A program made the position numbers and the translations under genes. Shown here piece after piece: positions 27,650 through 37,351 of a stretch of 64,000 nt of DNA. Origin of the DNA: Thermoproteota archaeon (GTDB lineage: Archaea; Thermoproteota; Thermoprotei; Gearchaeales; Gearchaeaceae); NCBI GenBank assembly GCA_032249235.1, contig JAVVGF010000001.1, forward strand, positions 32,001-96,000, in the 5' to 3' direction. How positions within the stretch are numbered: position 1 is the stretch's first letter; each line of letters starts with the position of its first letter. The notes below the pieces were generated by a model. The model searched no databases, was not told the DNA's origin, and saw nothing but the letters and a program-made list of their open reading frames with translations.

Positions 27650-28893
27650 TTCTTCATCTTGTATATTCCATAAGTTACACCGAACATTAAAGCAGCTACT
27701 AATATGCTAAGTCCTGTAACTAATGTGAAATCTGTAGATGTTTCAAAGCTCCAACCAAAAGCTCCTTTTGTATCAAGATATAGTTTGAACAAGAATATTA
27801 TAACGGTATATAATACTGCTTCAGCAACAATAATGTTACCTATTAAGACGAACTTAAATCGTTTTGAAATATGGACTTCTTTTCTTCTATCTATGAAAGG
27901 TAAAAGAAGTATGTATATTCCTACAATAATTAATATTGCTAAAGTAGTAAATGAAGCAACATCTTGTACTCCTAGGCTTCTCATAAAAGAAACATAAGAA
28001 TCTGGAAATCTTAATCTTATTAGAGTATATACAAAATAGAAATACCATTCTGGTAAAGGTATATCAGCTAATGGCGCTCTAGGGTCATATACTTCTCCTA
28101 ATTTTGCTGGAATTAAAGAAGCGAAAAGTATGACGATGCCAGTATGTATTAGAGCCCACTTACTAACGAATACAGCTCCCTTTGGGAACCATGGATAATG
28201 TTTGATTTTCTTCGGATTTCTCTTATCTCTTAGAGGATCGAAAGCCCCATGGTTTTCGAACATGTATAGCTTTATTGCTAAAAGCAAAATAATGCTTCCA
28301 GGCAATATGAAAACGTGTAATATGAAGAATCTCTGAACGATATCCTGGTTTCCAATACCTTCCATTATGAAAGCTATGAAATTGCCTAAGAATGGAACTT
28401 GCAAAGCGAAGTTATATCCAACTTGTGTAGCATAAACTGATTGAGCTGTATAAGGCAAAAGATATCCAGTAAAAGCTTGAGCTAATACAATAAATCCTAA
28501 TATTAAACTAACAATCCACATGAGTTCTCTAGGTCTTTTATATGCTCCACTAATCAATTGCCTGAAGAAATGCAACGCTGCTGTTATAAGCATTCCATAT
28601 GCTGAATACAAATGCAAGGTCCTCAAAGTTAAACCGAAAGGAATATTTTCATCAACGAACTTAACGCTTGAATAAGCTTTAGGTAAGCCATCTGCGCCGA
28701 GTGCTGAAGTTGGCACAAAATAGAATACTAATAATACACCTGTTACAACAAGAATGACAAAGAACGTTAAAACCATTGCACCTAACCAATGAGAAATTTC
28801 TAATGAATATGCAGGTATTGGTCTAAGGAAAGTATTTGTTATTCCTATTCTCTTATCGAACCAATCAAGTATTTTTTTAATTTTCTCGCTCAT
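27640..28893 (-). CDS. cytochrome b of a Rieske/cytochrome b complex
   Basis: RTLHLYSA..LHFFR, AYKRPRELMW, FTGYLLPY, RFFILH, PEWY motif; ATG at 28893 preferred. Confidence 0.93.
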   Translation of the reverse strand: MSEKIKKILDWFDKRIGITNTFLRPIPAYSLEISHWLGAMVLTFFVILVVTGVLLVFYFVPTSALGADGLPKAYSSVKFVDENIPFGLTLRTLHLYSAYGMLITAALHFFRQLISGAYKRPRELMWIVSLILGFIVLAQAFTGYLLPYTAQSVYATQVGYNFALQVPFLGNFIAFIMEGIGNQDIVQRFFILHVFILPGSIILLLAIKLYMFENHGAFDPLRDKRNPKKIKHYPWFPKGAVFVSKWALIHTGIVILFASLIPAKLGEVYDPRAPLADIPLPEWYFYFVYTLIRLRFPDSYVSFMRSLGVQDVASFTTLAILIIVGIYILLLPFIDRRKEVHISKRFKFVLIGNIIVAEAVLYTVIIFLFKLYLDTKGAFGWSFETSTDFTLVTGLSILVAALMFGVTYGIYKMKKWI

Positions 28894-28894
28894 A

Positions 28895-29548
28895 TTAACT
28901 TTGTTCTCCACACGTTCTTGCAGTATTATCATTAACTATTTCTCCACCTAAGAAACCCGGCCTTAAATTATTTGGAAGATCTGTTCCTTCTAATCCTGCA
29001 GGTCCTTTTCCAAGTATTACAGGTCCTTCCATTCCTACAGCATAAATATCTCCTGTAGCTTCGTCATACTCCAATATTACTCTAGGTAATCTTCTAGGCG
29101 CTGGACCTGCAAGTACCCTTGCATTATGAGTTACATCATATACTGAAAGATGGCATAGACAAACCATGACTTTTTGATATTTGTTATAAAACGGTTCAGT
29201 ATTTGGATAATATTGATTTATGATACATCCGAGATGTTGACATATAGCGCTAAATGCAACTATATCTTGATCAGGACCTATGCCATTCTCAACCTTTTCT
29301 CCGACTTTTATTAATAAATTGACTTCACTTGTTAAAGGATAGCAAAAACGTATGAAGCTACCATTTTTTAATTCTTTTATGTTCGCTATCTTAACTCTAG
29401 GATATTTTGGTCCAACCTGTGTAGCTGAAGGATTCAAGTAATTCGCTACTGAACCTACACCAAGAATGGTTGTGATTATTGAAGCTCCTATAATTCCCTT
29501 TATGAGCGTCCTTCTCTTTTCATCTATACTTTCTTTATTCTCTGCCAT
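28895..29548 (-). CDS. Tat-exported Rieske [2Fe-2S] protein (SoxL/AioB-like)
   Basis: RRTLIK twin-arginine signal, CQHLGC and CLCHLSVY boxes, GPAPRRLP. Confidence 0.93.
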   Translation of the reverse strand: MAENKESIDEKRRTLIKGIIGASIITTILGVGSVANYLNPSATQVGPKYPRVKIANIKELKNGSFIRFCYPLTSEVNLLIKVGEKVENGIGPDQDIVAFSAICQHLGCIINQYYPNTEPFYNKYQKVMVCLCHLSVYDVTHNARVLAGPAPRRLPRVILEYDEATGDIYAVGMEGPVILGKGPAGLEGTDLPNNLRPGFLGGEIVNDNTARTCGEQS

Positions 29549-29593
29549 TGTAGGTAAAACAACTTATTTTAAAATAAATCTTCATCTATATTA

Positions 29594-30058
29594 TTATATA
29601 TTTTTATATACCAAATCCGCAATTTTTTCTGCTATTTTAGAAACGAACCATTCATCGTTTTCATTAAATGCACCTAAAGTGTAGCTATCTATATCAATTT
29701 CTCCTATAATTTCACCATTTTTATAAATAGGTACTACCAGTTCAGATTTTGTTTCAGGGAAACATTGTAAATAAACAGGATTGTTGGTTACGTCATATAC
29801 GTTGACTATTCTTTTTTCTCTTACAGCCATTCCGCATAAGCCTTTATCTATAGGTATTATTTTATGTTCTGTTTCTTTATCTCCGCTATATACAAGCAAT
29901 TCTAACTTTTCATTTCTTAATACATATATTCCTATCCAATTGTATTTGCTGAATTCTTTTCGCAACCCATCAAGTATAACCTTTAGTTTTTCTAGATCTT
30001 CTCCTTTTATTTCATCGATATGCTGAAGGAAGTTCAAATATTTTCTCTTAATAGCCAT
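29594..30058 (-). CDS. GAF-domain protein, free methionine-R-sulfoxide reductase-like
   Basis: NWIGIY, GLCG, YLQC..TKSELVVPI, DIDS motifs of the fRMsr/MsrC family. Confidence 0.82.
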   Translation of the reverse strand: MAIKRKYLNFLQHIDEIKGEDLEKLKVILDGLRKEFSKYNWIGIYVLRNEKLELLVYSGDKETEHKIIPIDKGLCGMAVREKRIVNVYDVTNNPVYLQCFPETKSELVVPIYKNGEIIGEIDIDSYTLGAFNENDEWFVSKIAEKIADLVYKNI

Positions 30059-30090
30059 AGTTTATTTATATGGATACTCGATAAAAGTTT

Positions 30091-30408
30091 ATGGAAGTCT
30101 ATAAGATACATTATTCAAATGTTTTCGATCTGATTCTGCATGTGATATCTTTGATGCCATTATCTCCATTCTACACTTTAAATAGATACAAGGATTTCGT
30201 TTACTTCTATGAAGCTATGTCTGATAGCATAACTTTACATTATGCAAAAGCAAATATTGAGCCAGCTATTTACGTTTTTGATACATCGAAATTGGAATTG
30301 AAGAAACAAAATGCTCTTCCTAAGTTCGTTGAACATGGTTGCTACATAGTAATTTTCAAAAAGATAGAAGAAGATAGTTTGCTTTCTGAAACTTTAGAAG
30401 AATCTTAA
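30091..30408 (+). CDS. hypothetical protein
   Basis: 105-aa ORF filling the gap between the GAF gene and guaB; no motif recognised. Confidence 0.65.
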   Translation: MEVYKIHYSNVFDLILHVISLMPLSPFYTLNRYKDFVYFYEAMSDSITLHYAKANIEPAIYVFDTSKLELKKQNALPKFVEHGCYIVIFKKIEEDSLLSETLEES

Positions 30409-30432
30409 ATAACAGCTGTAGGTATTATTAGT

Positions 30433-31875
30433 ATGGGAAGACTAAAAGAATTAAATTTAGAAGAAGACTTTGTTTTCGGCTTTGATGATTTCATATTATT
30501 ACCTTCTTACATAAACATTGAGCCTTCTGAAATTTCTTTAAATACGAAATTCTCACTGAATAATGAATTAAAGGTTCCCTTTGTATCTTCACCAATGGAC
30601 ACAGTTACTGAAGCTGAGATGGCTATAACTCTTGCAAGGAATGGAGGAATTGGTGTTATTCATAGAAATTGTACTATTGAGGAACAAGTAGCCCAAGTTA
30701 AAAAAGTTAAGAGAGCAGAATCCTTTATAATTAAAGATGTAATAACTATAAATCCTGAAGCTACTGTTGGAGAAGCAGCGCGATTAATGGAAGAGCATGG
30801 TATTTCTGGCTTACCTGTAGTTGATGAAAACAACAAGCTAGTAGGGATAATAACTGGTAGAGATGTGAGATTTACTTCTTATAATATAAAAGTAAAAGAG
30901 GCTATGACTAAAGATGTAATCGTAGCTGATGAAAAAATAACGCCAGAGGAATCGATTGAATTGATGAGGAAATATAGAATAGAAAAGCTACCTGTGGTAG
31001 ATAAAGAAGGTAAGCTCATTGGTTTGATAACTTATAAAGATGTTAGCCATCGAGGATTATATAAGGATGCTGTAAGAGATGAACAAGGAAGATTAAAAGT
31101 TGCAGCTGCAATATCACCTTTTGATTTGGAAAGAGCTAAAGCTTTGGAAAAATATGTCGATGCTCTCGTAATTGATGTCGCTCATTTTCATAACGAGAAT
31201 GTAATAAGAGCTACTAAAAAAATAATGGAGAACGTTAGTTGCGATGTAGTAATTGGAAATTTGGGTTCAAAGGAAGGAGTTTTAGATTCATTATCTAAAT
31301 TAGATAAAGTTGCTGGTTTAAGGGTAGGTATTGGTGGTGGTTCTGTTTGCACTACTACGCAAATAACCCGTGCAGGATCTCCAACGTTATATGCAGTAGC
31401 AGTAGCAAGAGAATGTTTAGATGAATTAGGCATGGATATACCTATAATTGCAGATGGAGGTATAAGAAGTGCAGGCGATATTGCTATTGCTATTGCTTTT
31501 GGTGCATCATGTGCAATGATGGGTTATATGTTTGCTGCATGCAAAGAAAGTCCAGCACCTTTGATGATGATCGGCGGTAGATATTACAAATTACATAGAG
31601 GAATGGGGAGTCTAAGTGCTAGACAAAAAAGGCTTACTATTGATAGGTATGCAAAGTTGCCAAAGGAGATTCCAGAAGGAACGGAAGCATGGATACCTTA
31701 TAAAGGTGAGGCATCAGAAGTAATAAGAGAATTGACTGCTGCACTAAAAGCTGCAATGGGTTATGCAGGAGCCAGGAATATAAAAGAACTACAAACAAAA
31801 GCAAAAGTTAAACGTGTTTCGCCTCATGCCTTTGCTAGAGCTTCAGATTTACTTTTCCCTGGCGAAACTAGATAG
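30433..31875 (+). CDS. guaB: IMP dehydrogenase with CBS pair
   Basis: SSPMDTVTE, RVGIGGGSVCTT catalytic Cys, IADGGI, RGMGS. Confidence 0.95.
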   Translation: MGRLKELNLEEDFVFGFDDFILLPSYINIEPSEISLNTKFSLNNELKVPFVSSPMDTVTEAEMAITLARNGGIGVIHRNCTIEEQVAQVKKVKRAESFIIKDVITINPEATVGEAARLMEEHGISGLPVVDENNKLVGIITGRDVRFTSYNIKVKEAMTKDVIVADEKITPEESIELMRKYRIEKLPVVDKEGKLIGLITYKDVSHRGLYKDAVRDEQGRLKVAAAISPFDLERAKALEKYVDALVIDVAHFHNENVIRATKKIMENVSCDVVIGNLGSKEGVLDSLSKLDKVAGLRVGIGGGSVCTTTQITRAGSPTLYAVAVARECLDELGMDIPIIADGGIRSAGDIAIAIAFGASCAMMGYMFAACKESPAPLMMIGGRYYKLHRGMGSLSARQKRLTIDRYAKLPKEIPEGTEAWIPYKGEASEVIRELTAALKAAMGYAGARNIKELQTKAKVKRVSPHAFARASDLLFPGETR

Positions 31876-32538
31876 ATCAGTTTCTTCGTCTATTCTTTTA
31901 TTCAAAACTTCCAAAATTTTCCTTGCTTTTACTTCGCCTACTATTTTAATCAATTCTTTTTCGTTTGCATTAAAAATACTCTTTAGATTTTTGAAGTGTT
32001 CTAAAAGTTTCTCAGCAGTCTTAACACCTACTCCAGGTAAGCTTTGAAGAATGTACAATTGCCAATCTTTTATGGTTTCTAGTTTATGCGGTTTTCCTTT
32101 AACTAAAGGATAATACCCATGACCGTATTTCTTTTGTTCTTGTTTGGCTATCAAAGAAATGAATTCTGCAGTTTCTTCTTTATTTTCAGCATGGAATAAT
32201 TTAATGTCGAAATCTAATATTAAAGAAACTAAAGCTCCTCTTAATACGTTTAAATTATCTAATATTAACGGTAGCTCCGAATAATCTCCTTCTATTATGA
32301 TTATAGGGACTTCATATGCTTCCTTTAATCTAGAACTTTGGTCAAATAATCTTCCATCATAAATTGACTTGACAAAATCTTTTAGAGTTTTTCTTTCTAT
32401 AGCAATCTTATCTGATATCAAATAATCACCGACTGGCAATTGTCTAAATTTTATGCTAACTCCTTTTTTTACAAGCAATTCAGGTATTTCAGAAGCTCTT
32501 TCTCTTTCATCTACTATAACAAGAGGCTTTTCGCTCAT
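31849..32538 (-). CDS. xpf: XPF/ERCC4 nuclease (short crenarchaeal type)
   Basis: VDERE, GDY, ERKT, HhH pair, C-terminal PIP-like ETDLSSF. Confidence 0.93.
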   Translation of the reverse strand: MSEKPLVIVDERERASEIPELLVKKGVSIKFRQLPVGDYLISDKIAIERKTLKDFVKSIYDGRLFDQSSRLKEAYEVPIIIIEGDYSELPLILDNLNVLRGALVSLILDFDIKLFHAENKEETAEFISLIAKQEQKKYGHGYYPLVKGKPHKLETIKDWQLYILQSLPGVGVKTAEKLLEHFKNLKSIFNANEKELIKIVGEVKARKILEVLNKRIDEETDLSSFAREK

Positions 32539-33101
32539 GCAAGGGTTATGAAATTATGTATGATTTTTAATCCAAATTGGGTATGTTCAACTTCAGGATG
32601 GAATAATACACCATAAACTTTTCTCTTAATGTGTTTTGCAGCTTCTATATGACCTTTTTCAGCATATGCTAATATCTTGAATTCTTTAGGTAACTCGCTA
32701 ACAGTATCATTATGGCTCTCCCATGCTAAGAAAACTTCTGGTATTCCTTCAAATAATTCATTTTTTTCTTTAACTATGACTTTTTGCGGTCCGAATGCAG
32801 GTTGAGTTCTAGTTAATTTACCGCCATATGCTAAAGAAATAGCTTGGAAGCCTAAACATATGCCCAATACTGGTTTATCTTTGGTAAATAATAACTCTTT
32901 AATAACCTTTAATTCTTCGCTATTATTCTCTAGCCTTGCGGGGCCGCCTCCTATTATTATCGAATCATATTCTTCGATTTTATCCAGAGTTTTTTCTACC
33001 AAAGGCATCAACTCTGCATAATAACCTAATTCCTTGACTCTTCTTAAGATCAAATGATTATATTGCCCACCCGGTCCTAAGATAGCAATTTTTTTATTCA
33101 T
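32535..33101 (-). CDS. guaAA: GMP synthase glutamine amidotransferase subunit
   Basis: GGQYNHLI, LGICLG, SHND, FHPE triad. Confidence 0.93.
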   Translation of the reverse strand: MNKKIAILGPGGQYNHLILRRVKELGYYAELMPLVEKTLDKIEEYDSIIIGGGPARLENNSEELKVIKELLFTKDKPVLGICLGFQAISLAYGGKLTRTQPAFGPQKVIVKEKNELFEGIPEVFLAWESHNDTVSELPKEFKILAYAEKGHIEAAKHIKRKVYGVLFHPEVEHTQFGLKIIHNFITLA

Positions 33102-34281
33102 ATTCTATTGTAGCAGGCGGTTTAGGTGTTATATCATAGTAAACTTGTGTTATTCTTTTATCTTTCATAACTTCATCAACTATGTTTTGCAATAATTTGA
33201 TATCAACATCAGGAACGCTTGCTGTCATGAAATCACTAGTCTTTACAGCTCTTATTACTATTGCATACTTTCCTGCAGGTCTAGGTTCTGAAACCATAAT
33301 AGCTATTCTTGTATAATTTTTCAATATTTTAGGAAAGGCCTTGACTATTTCGTCTTTAACTCGTAACAATAATTCTGTTTCTTTATAATAAATTCCTAGC
33401 ATTTTAGAATATACTCTACTATCACCTTTAATTCCTGTTACTTTTTCATAAAACTCAAACGTTTTAAATCCTCTACCTCCGATTCCTGTAATGTTCTTTA
33501 CTTCTTTAATTAAATCACTTATCTCTTTAGAAGTTGTCATCCTAGGCTTTTTAAATATAGCTAGGAAACTTTGCGAAGCATCTATTTTCATTAGTAAATC
33601 TTCACAAAGCGCTGTAACATTCTTTAAAGCTTTCAACTTTTCTAATTCGAATTCGCCTACACATCTAACTAGCAATCCTGGGCCAGGAAATGGTTGTCTT
33701 TCTCTAATTTCTTCAGGAATTTTAAGATATTTAGCCAATATTCTAACTTGATCTTTATATAAGTTTGCAAGCGGTTCTATTAAATTAAAGCCATATTTTA
33801 ATTCAGGTTTTATTCCTATTTGAGTTAGTACATTATGCTGAGTTTTTATACCTCCAGTTGTTTCAATCCAATCAGGTGCTATAGTTCCTTGTACTAAAAA
33901 ATCCGCATTTTCTTCTTTTACTAATTTTGCTAATGTTTCATAGAATAGTTCCCTAAATATTTTTCTTTTCTCTTCTGCATCGCTTTTTCCTAGCAAGGAA
34001 TTATAAAACAATTCACTTACATCATGGACCTTAACTTGCAATCCCATGCTTTCAAGCAATGATTTCACTTTTTCTATTTCTCCTTCTCTCATGAAGCCTG
34101 TATCGATGATATAAGCTTTGACTTTATCTCCTACAGCTAGCCATGTTAAGTATGCAGCAACAGTACTATCTACACCACCAGATACTGCGGCTAAAACATT
34201 TTTATCTCCGATAATTTTCCTGAGTGAATTTATTAATTCATCAACAAACTCTTCTATATTTTTATCGTAAATTTTCATCAT
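33094..34281 (-). CDS. guaAB: GMP synthase ATP pyrophosphatase subunit
   Basis: SGGVDS, QGTIAPD, IKTQHN, QPFPGPGL, YDITPKPPATIEYE. Confidence 0.95.
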   Translation of the reverse strand: MMKIYDKNIEEFVDELINSLRKIIGDKNVLAAVSGGVDSTVAAYLTWLAVGDKVKAYIIDTGFMREGEIEKVKSLLESMGLQVKVHDVSELFYNSLLGKSDAEEKRKIFRELFYETLAKLVKEENADFLVQGTIAPDWIETTGGIKTQHNVLTQIGIKPELKYGFNLIEPLANLYKDQVRILAKYLKIPEEIRERQPFPGPGLLVRCVGEFELEKLKALKNVTALCEDLLMKIDASQSFLAIFKKPRMTTSKEISDLIKEVKNITGIGGRGFKTFEFYEKVTGIKGDSRVYSKMLGIYYKETELLLRVKDEIVKAFPKILKNYTRIAIMVSEPRPAGKYAIVIRAVKTSDFMTASVPDVDIKLLQNIVDEVMKDKRITQVYYDITPKPPATIEYE

Positions 34282-34336
34282 CTTATTTTATTTGCTTTTA
34301 AATATTTTTGTTATTTAAAGGAGTTTTGTAACACAT

Positions 34337-35224
34337 TTATATTGTAGTAACTATTACTTCGTTTTCCGTTATGATTACTGTATGTTCTTCTTGTGCTACA
34401 ATTCCTCTATTTTCCTCAACTAAAACGTTGTATCCTATTATTTCTCCTTTTTCTACCTTATCCATGATTACATCTTTTATTTTTTTCAAGTCATATTCAG
34501 GATACCATCTTAAAGAAAAAGGCAAGTTGTATCTTTGTTTCCAAATTTTATTGAAAAATTCTTCAATGGTTTTATCTTTGTGCTTTATTGATTTTTTTAA
34601 AGAAAATATCCTAATATTATCTGAATCATATACGTATCCTTTTCCTAGAGTTAAGAAAGGTTCTATTGCATATACTTCGCCAGCTTTCATTACAATTTCA
34701 ATTCCATCATCATAATTCGGTATGCTTTTACCCGCATGAAGCAAATACCTTTTAATCATATGTCCTGAGAGATTTTTAATTGTTTGAAAACCATATAATT
34801 TCGCTGTATTTTCTACAATCTTACCTATTTTATTCGTTGTAATACCTGGCTTAATGTTTTGAATTGCATTCATTAGAGCTTTTTTAGTTGCATCTACGAG
34901 TTTTTGCATTTTATCATCTAAAGCAATTGTGGTTGCTGCATCAGCTATATAGCCCTCAATATGAACTCCTACATCTACTTTGACGATTGCGTTCTTGGGT
35001 ATTATGCGTTTATCGTATGGCTCGGCTGTATCATGAGCTGCAATCTCGTTTATTGAAATATTACATGGAAAAGCGAGTTGGCCACCATTAGATAAAATGA
35101 AATTTTCAATTAAATTACATAATTCAAGAATTGGCATATCTTCATGTACTTTATTCCTTGCGAGCTCAAGCGCTTTAGAAGCAATTTTCCCAGCTTCTAA
35201 ATAATACTTTATCTCTTCTTGCAC
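34337..35224 (-). CDS. map: type II methionine aminopeptidase
   Basis: AFPCNIS..AAH, DVGVH..GYIAD, NLSGH, AIEPF, QEEHT. Confidence 0.95.
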   Translation of the reverse strand: MQEEIKYYLEAGKIASKALELARNKVHEDMPILELCNLIENFILSNGGQLAFPCNISINEIAAHDTAEPYDKRIIPKNAIVKVDVGVHIEGYIADAATTIALDDKMQKLVDATKKALMNAIQNIKPGITTNKIGKIVENTAKLYGFQTIKNLSGHMIKRYLLHAGKSIPNYDDGIEIVMKAGEVYAIEPFLTLGKGYVYDSDNIRIFSLKKSIKHKDKTIEEFFNKIWKQRYNLPFSLRWYPEYDLKKIKDVIMDKVEKGEIIGYNVLVEENRGIVAQEEHTVIITENEVIVTTI

Positions 35225-35267
35225 AACGATAATGTTTTTAAATTGCTATTAATAATTTGTTATTCAC

Positions 35268-35867
35268 ATGGAAGTTGAGATATTGAAGAAAGATGACATA
35301 ACATTGGAAATTAAAGTTAGCGATGTCTCTCCTCAATTCATGAATTTGTTAAGACGTTGTTTGATAGCAAGGGTTCCAACTATAGCAATAGATGATGTAA
35401 TAATTCTTGAAAATTCTTCAATAATGTATGATGAAATGTTAGCTCATCGCTTAGGATTGATTCCTTTAAAAGCAGATATATTATCTTTGAAAGAAGATAC
35501 TGTTGCATATTTTAGATGTGAAGTCGCCGCAGAAGAAGGCGATAGAATGGTATATTCAAAAGATTTGATTCCTTCAGATCCTAATATTATTCCTGCCTAT
35601 GATACAATACCAATTGTAAAGTTGGCTAAAGGGCAAAAAGTATCATTTGAAGCAGTTGCAAGGGTTAAAAAAGGATATCAACATGCAAGATTTCAACCTG
35701 TCTCAGCTTGTGCATATAAGCAGCTAGATGATGGTAGCACATTTATCTTCAGATTTGACTCAACTGGAATAAGCGAACCTGAAAAAATATTACTCAAAGG
35801 TATTGAAGTAATACTGGAAACTTATGATGATATGTTGAAATCTTTAGATAAATTGAAAAATGGTTAA
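35268..35867 (+). CDS. rpoD: RNA polymerase subunit Rpo3 (RpoD)
   Basis: NSSIMYDEMLAHRLGLIPL, IVKL..GQ, HARFQP. Confidence 0.95.
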   Translation: MEVEILKKDDITLEIKVSDVSPQFMNLLRRCLIARVPTIAIDDVIILENSSIMYDEMLAHRLGLIPLKADILSLKEDTVAYFRCEVAAEEGDRMVYSKDLIPSDPNIIPAYDTIPIVKLAKGQKVSFEAVARVKKGYQHARFQPVSACAYKQLDDGSTFIFRFDSTGISEPEKILLKGIEVILETYDDMLKSLDKLKNG

Positions 35868-36225
35868 AAGAACAGGACCTACAAATCCATTATTGAGAAA
35901 AGAAATTAGATTCCTTTATGAAAGTTATAAGACTCATGGAGCACCGATTTGGAAGGCTGTTGCAGAAAAGTTAAGTGTTAGAAAGCGTTCAAGGGTAGCT
36001 GTTAATGTAATTAAATTAAATAAGCTTACGAGTAATAACGATATGGTAGTTGTTCCAGGTAAAGTGTTAGGCTTCGGTTTTATTGATCATCCTATAATTG
36101 TTGCAGCATATAGTTTTTCTAAAAGTGCAAAGGAAAAAATAGAAAAAGCAGGTGGTAAATGTTTAACGTATAGCGAAATGATAAAGTTAAATCCTAAGGG
36201 AAATAATGTTAAGTTCATAACATGA
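35860..36225 (+). CDS. rpl18e: 50S ribosomal protein L18e
   Basis: TGPTNP, VVPGKVLG, FSKSAKEKIEKAGG. Confidence 0.96.
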   Translation: MVKRTGPTNPLLRKEIRFLYESYKTHGAPIWKAVAEKLSVRKRSRVAVNVIKLNKLTSNNDMVVVPGKVLGFGFIDHPIIVAAYSFSKSAKEKIEKAGGKCLTYSEMIKLNPKGNNVKFIT

Positions 36226-36668
36226 GCGTTGCAACTGAAGTTTTATACGTTGACGCGAGCGACCAAATTTTAGGTAGATTAGCTTCGCATGTAGCCAAGC
36301 TACTCTTGAATGGTTACAAAGTTATTGTTTTCAATGCTGAAAAAGCTGTTATTTCTGGCAATAAGGCGAGAATTGTAGAAAGGTTTAGAGAAAGATATGC
36401 CAGAAGGACTTTGAAAAATCCTGAAAAGCTAGGACATAGAGAACCTAAAACTCCGCACGGTATAGTTAGAAGAGCTATAAGAGGTATGCTTCCTCATAAA
36501 AAACCTAGAGGAAGAGAAGCTTTCAAAAGATTACTCGTATATTCTGGAATTCCTTCTTTACCTGCAAATGCAAAAATAATCAAATTCGAGGATGCAAGTG
36601 TTTCAAAATTAGGTAGAGGTTATGTTTATTTAGGAGAAATAGCTAAAATATTCGGCTGGAAGGGCTGA
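36222..36668 (+). CDS. rpl13: 50S ribosomal protein L13 (uL13)
   Basis: ILGRLAS, RRAIRGMLP. Confidence 0.96.
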   Translation: MSVATEVLYVDASDQILGRLASHVAKLLLNGYKVIVFNAEKAVISGNKARIVERFRERYARRTLKNPEKLGHREPKTPHGIVRRAIRGMLPHKKPRGREAFKRLLVYSGIPSLPANAKIIKFEDASVSKLGRGYVYLGEIAKIFGWKG

Positions 36669-37075
36669 TGTCGCAAATTGTAATCGCTACAGGGAAAAGG
36701 AAAACTGCAGTAGCTAGGGCATATTTGAAATATCCTGGAAGAGGAAGGATTTTGATAAACAAAAAGCCTTTAGAATTAATTGAACCTTGGCTTGTTAGGA
36801 ATACGATAGAAGAACCTTTATTATTTATTAGCGATCAATTAAGATCTTCTATAGATATTATTGTTAACGTCAAAGGAGGAGGTGTTATGGGTCAAGCCCA
36901 AGCTACTAGAATGGCTATAGCAAATGCTTTAGTTCAATTCACAAAATCAGAGGAGCTTAGGCAAGCTTATTTAGCTTATAATCCTGCTCTTTTGAAAGGT
37001 GATCCTAGACAAGTTGAACCTAAAAAGCCAAGAGGCAAAAAAGCAAGAGCTAAAAGGCAGAAATCTTATAGATAA
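36668..37075 (+). CDS. rps9: 30S ribosomal protein S9
   Basis: GKRKTAVARA, GGGVMGQA, QKSYR C-terminus. Confidence 0.97.
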   Translation: MSQIVIATGKRKTAVARAYLKYPGRGRILINKKPLELIEPWLVRNTIEEPLLFISDQLRSSIDIIVNVKGGGVMGQAQATRMAIANALVQFTKSEELRQAYLAYNPALLKGDPRQVEPKKPRGKKARAKRQKSYR

Positions 37076-37078
37076 AAT

Positions 37079-37351
37079 ATGCTAGTACCTGTTAGATGTT
37101 TTACATGTGGTTATCCAATTGCAAGATTTTGGGATGAATATAAAAGAAGAGTAAGTAATGGAGAGCAGCCTGGAGATGTTTTGGACAGTCTTGGAATTAA
37201 AAGATATTGTTGTAGAAGGATGTTTCTCTCAACTTATGAATATATTGATGAATTTTTAATCTATTTCAGACCTCAAGAAGTAAAAGAAGCTAGTGTTAAG
37301 CAATTCCGTGAGGAAGCAGAAACGAGGAGGAGAAGAAGGAAAGAAAGTTGA
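37079..37351 (+). CDS. rpoN: RNA polymerase subunit Rpo10 (RpoN)
   Basis: PVRCFTCG...RYCCRRM. Confidence 0.97.
   Translation: MLVPVRCFTCGYPIARFWDEYKRRVSNGEQPGDVLDSLGIKRYCCRRMFLSTYEYIDEFLIYFRPQEVKEASVKQFREEAETRRRRRKES

Noticed and set aside
28895-29548. Arsenite oxidase call for the Rieske gene
   Set aside because: No molybdopterin large subunit follows; the partner is a PEWY-containing cytochrome b
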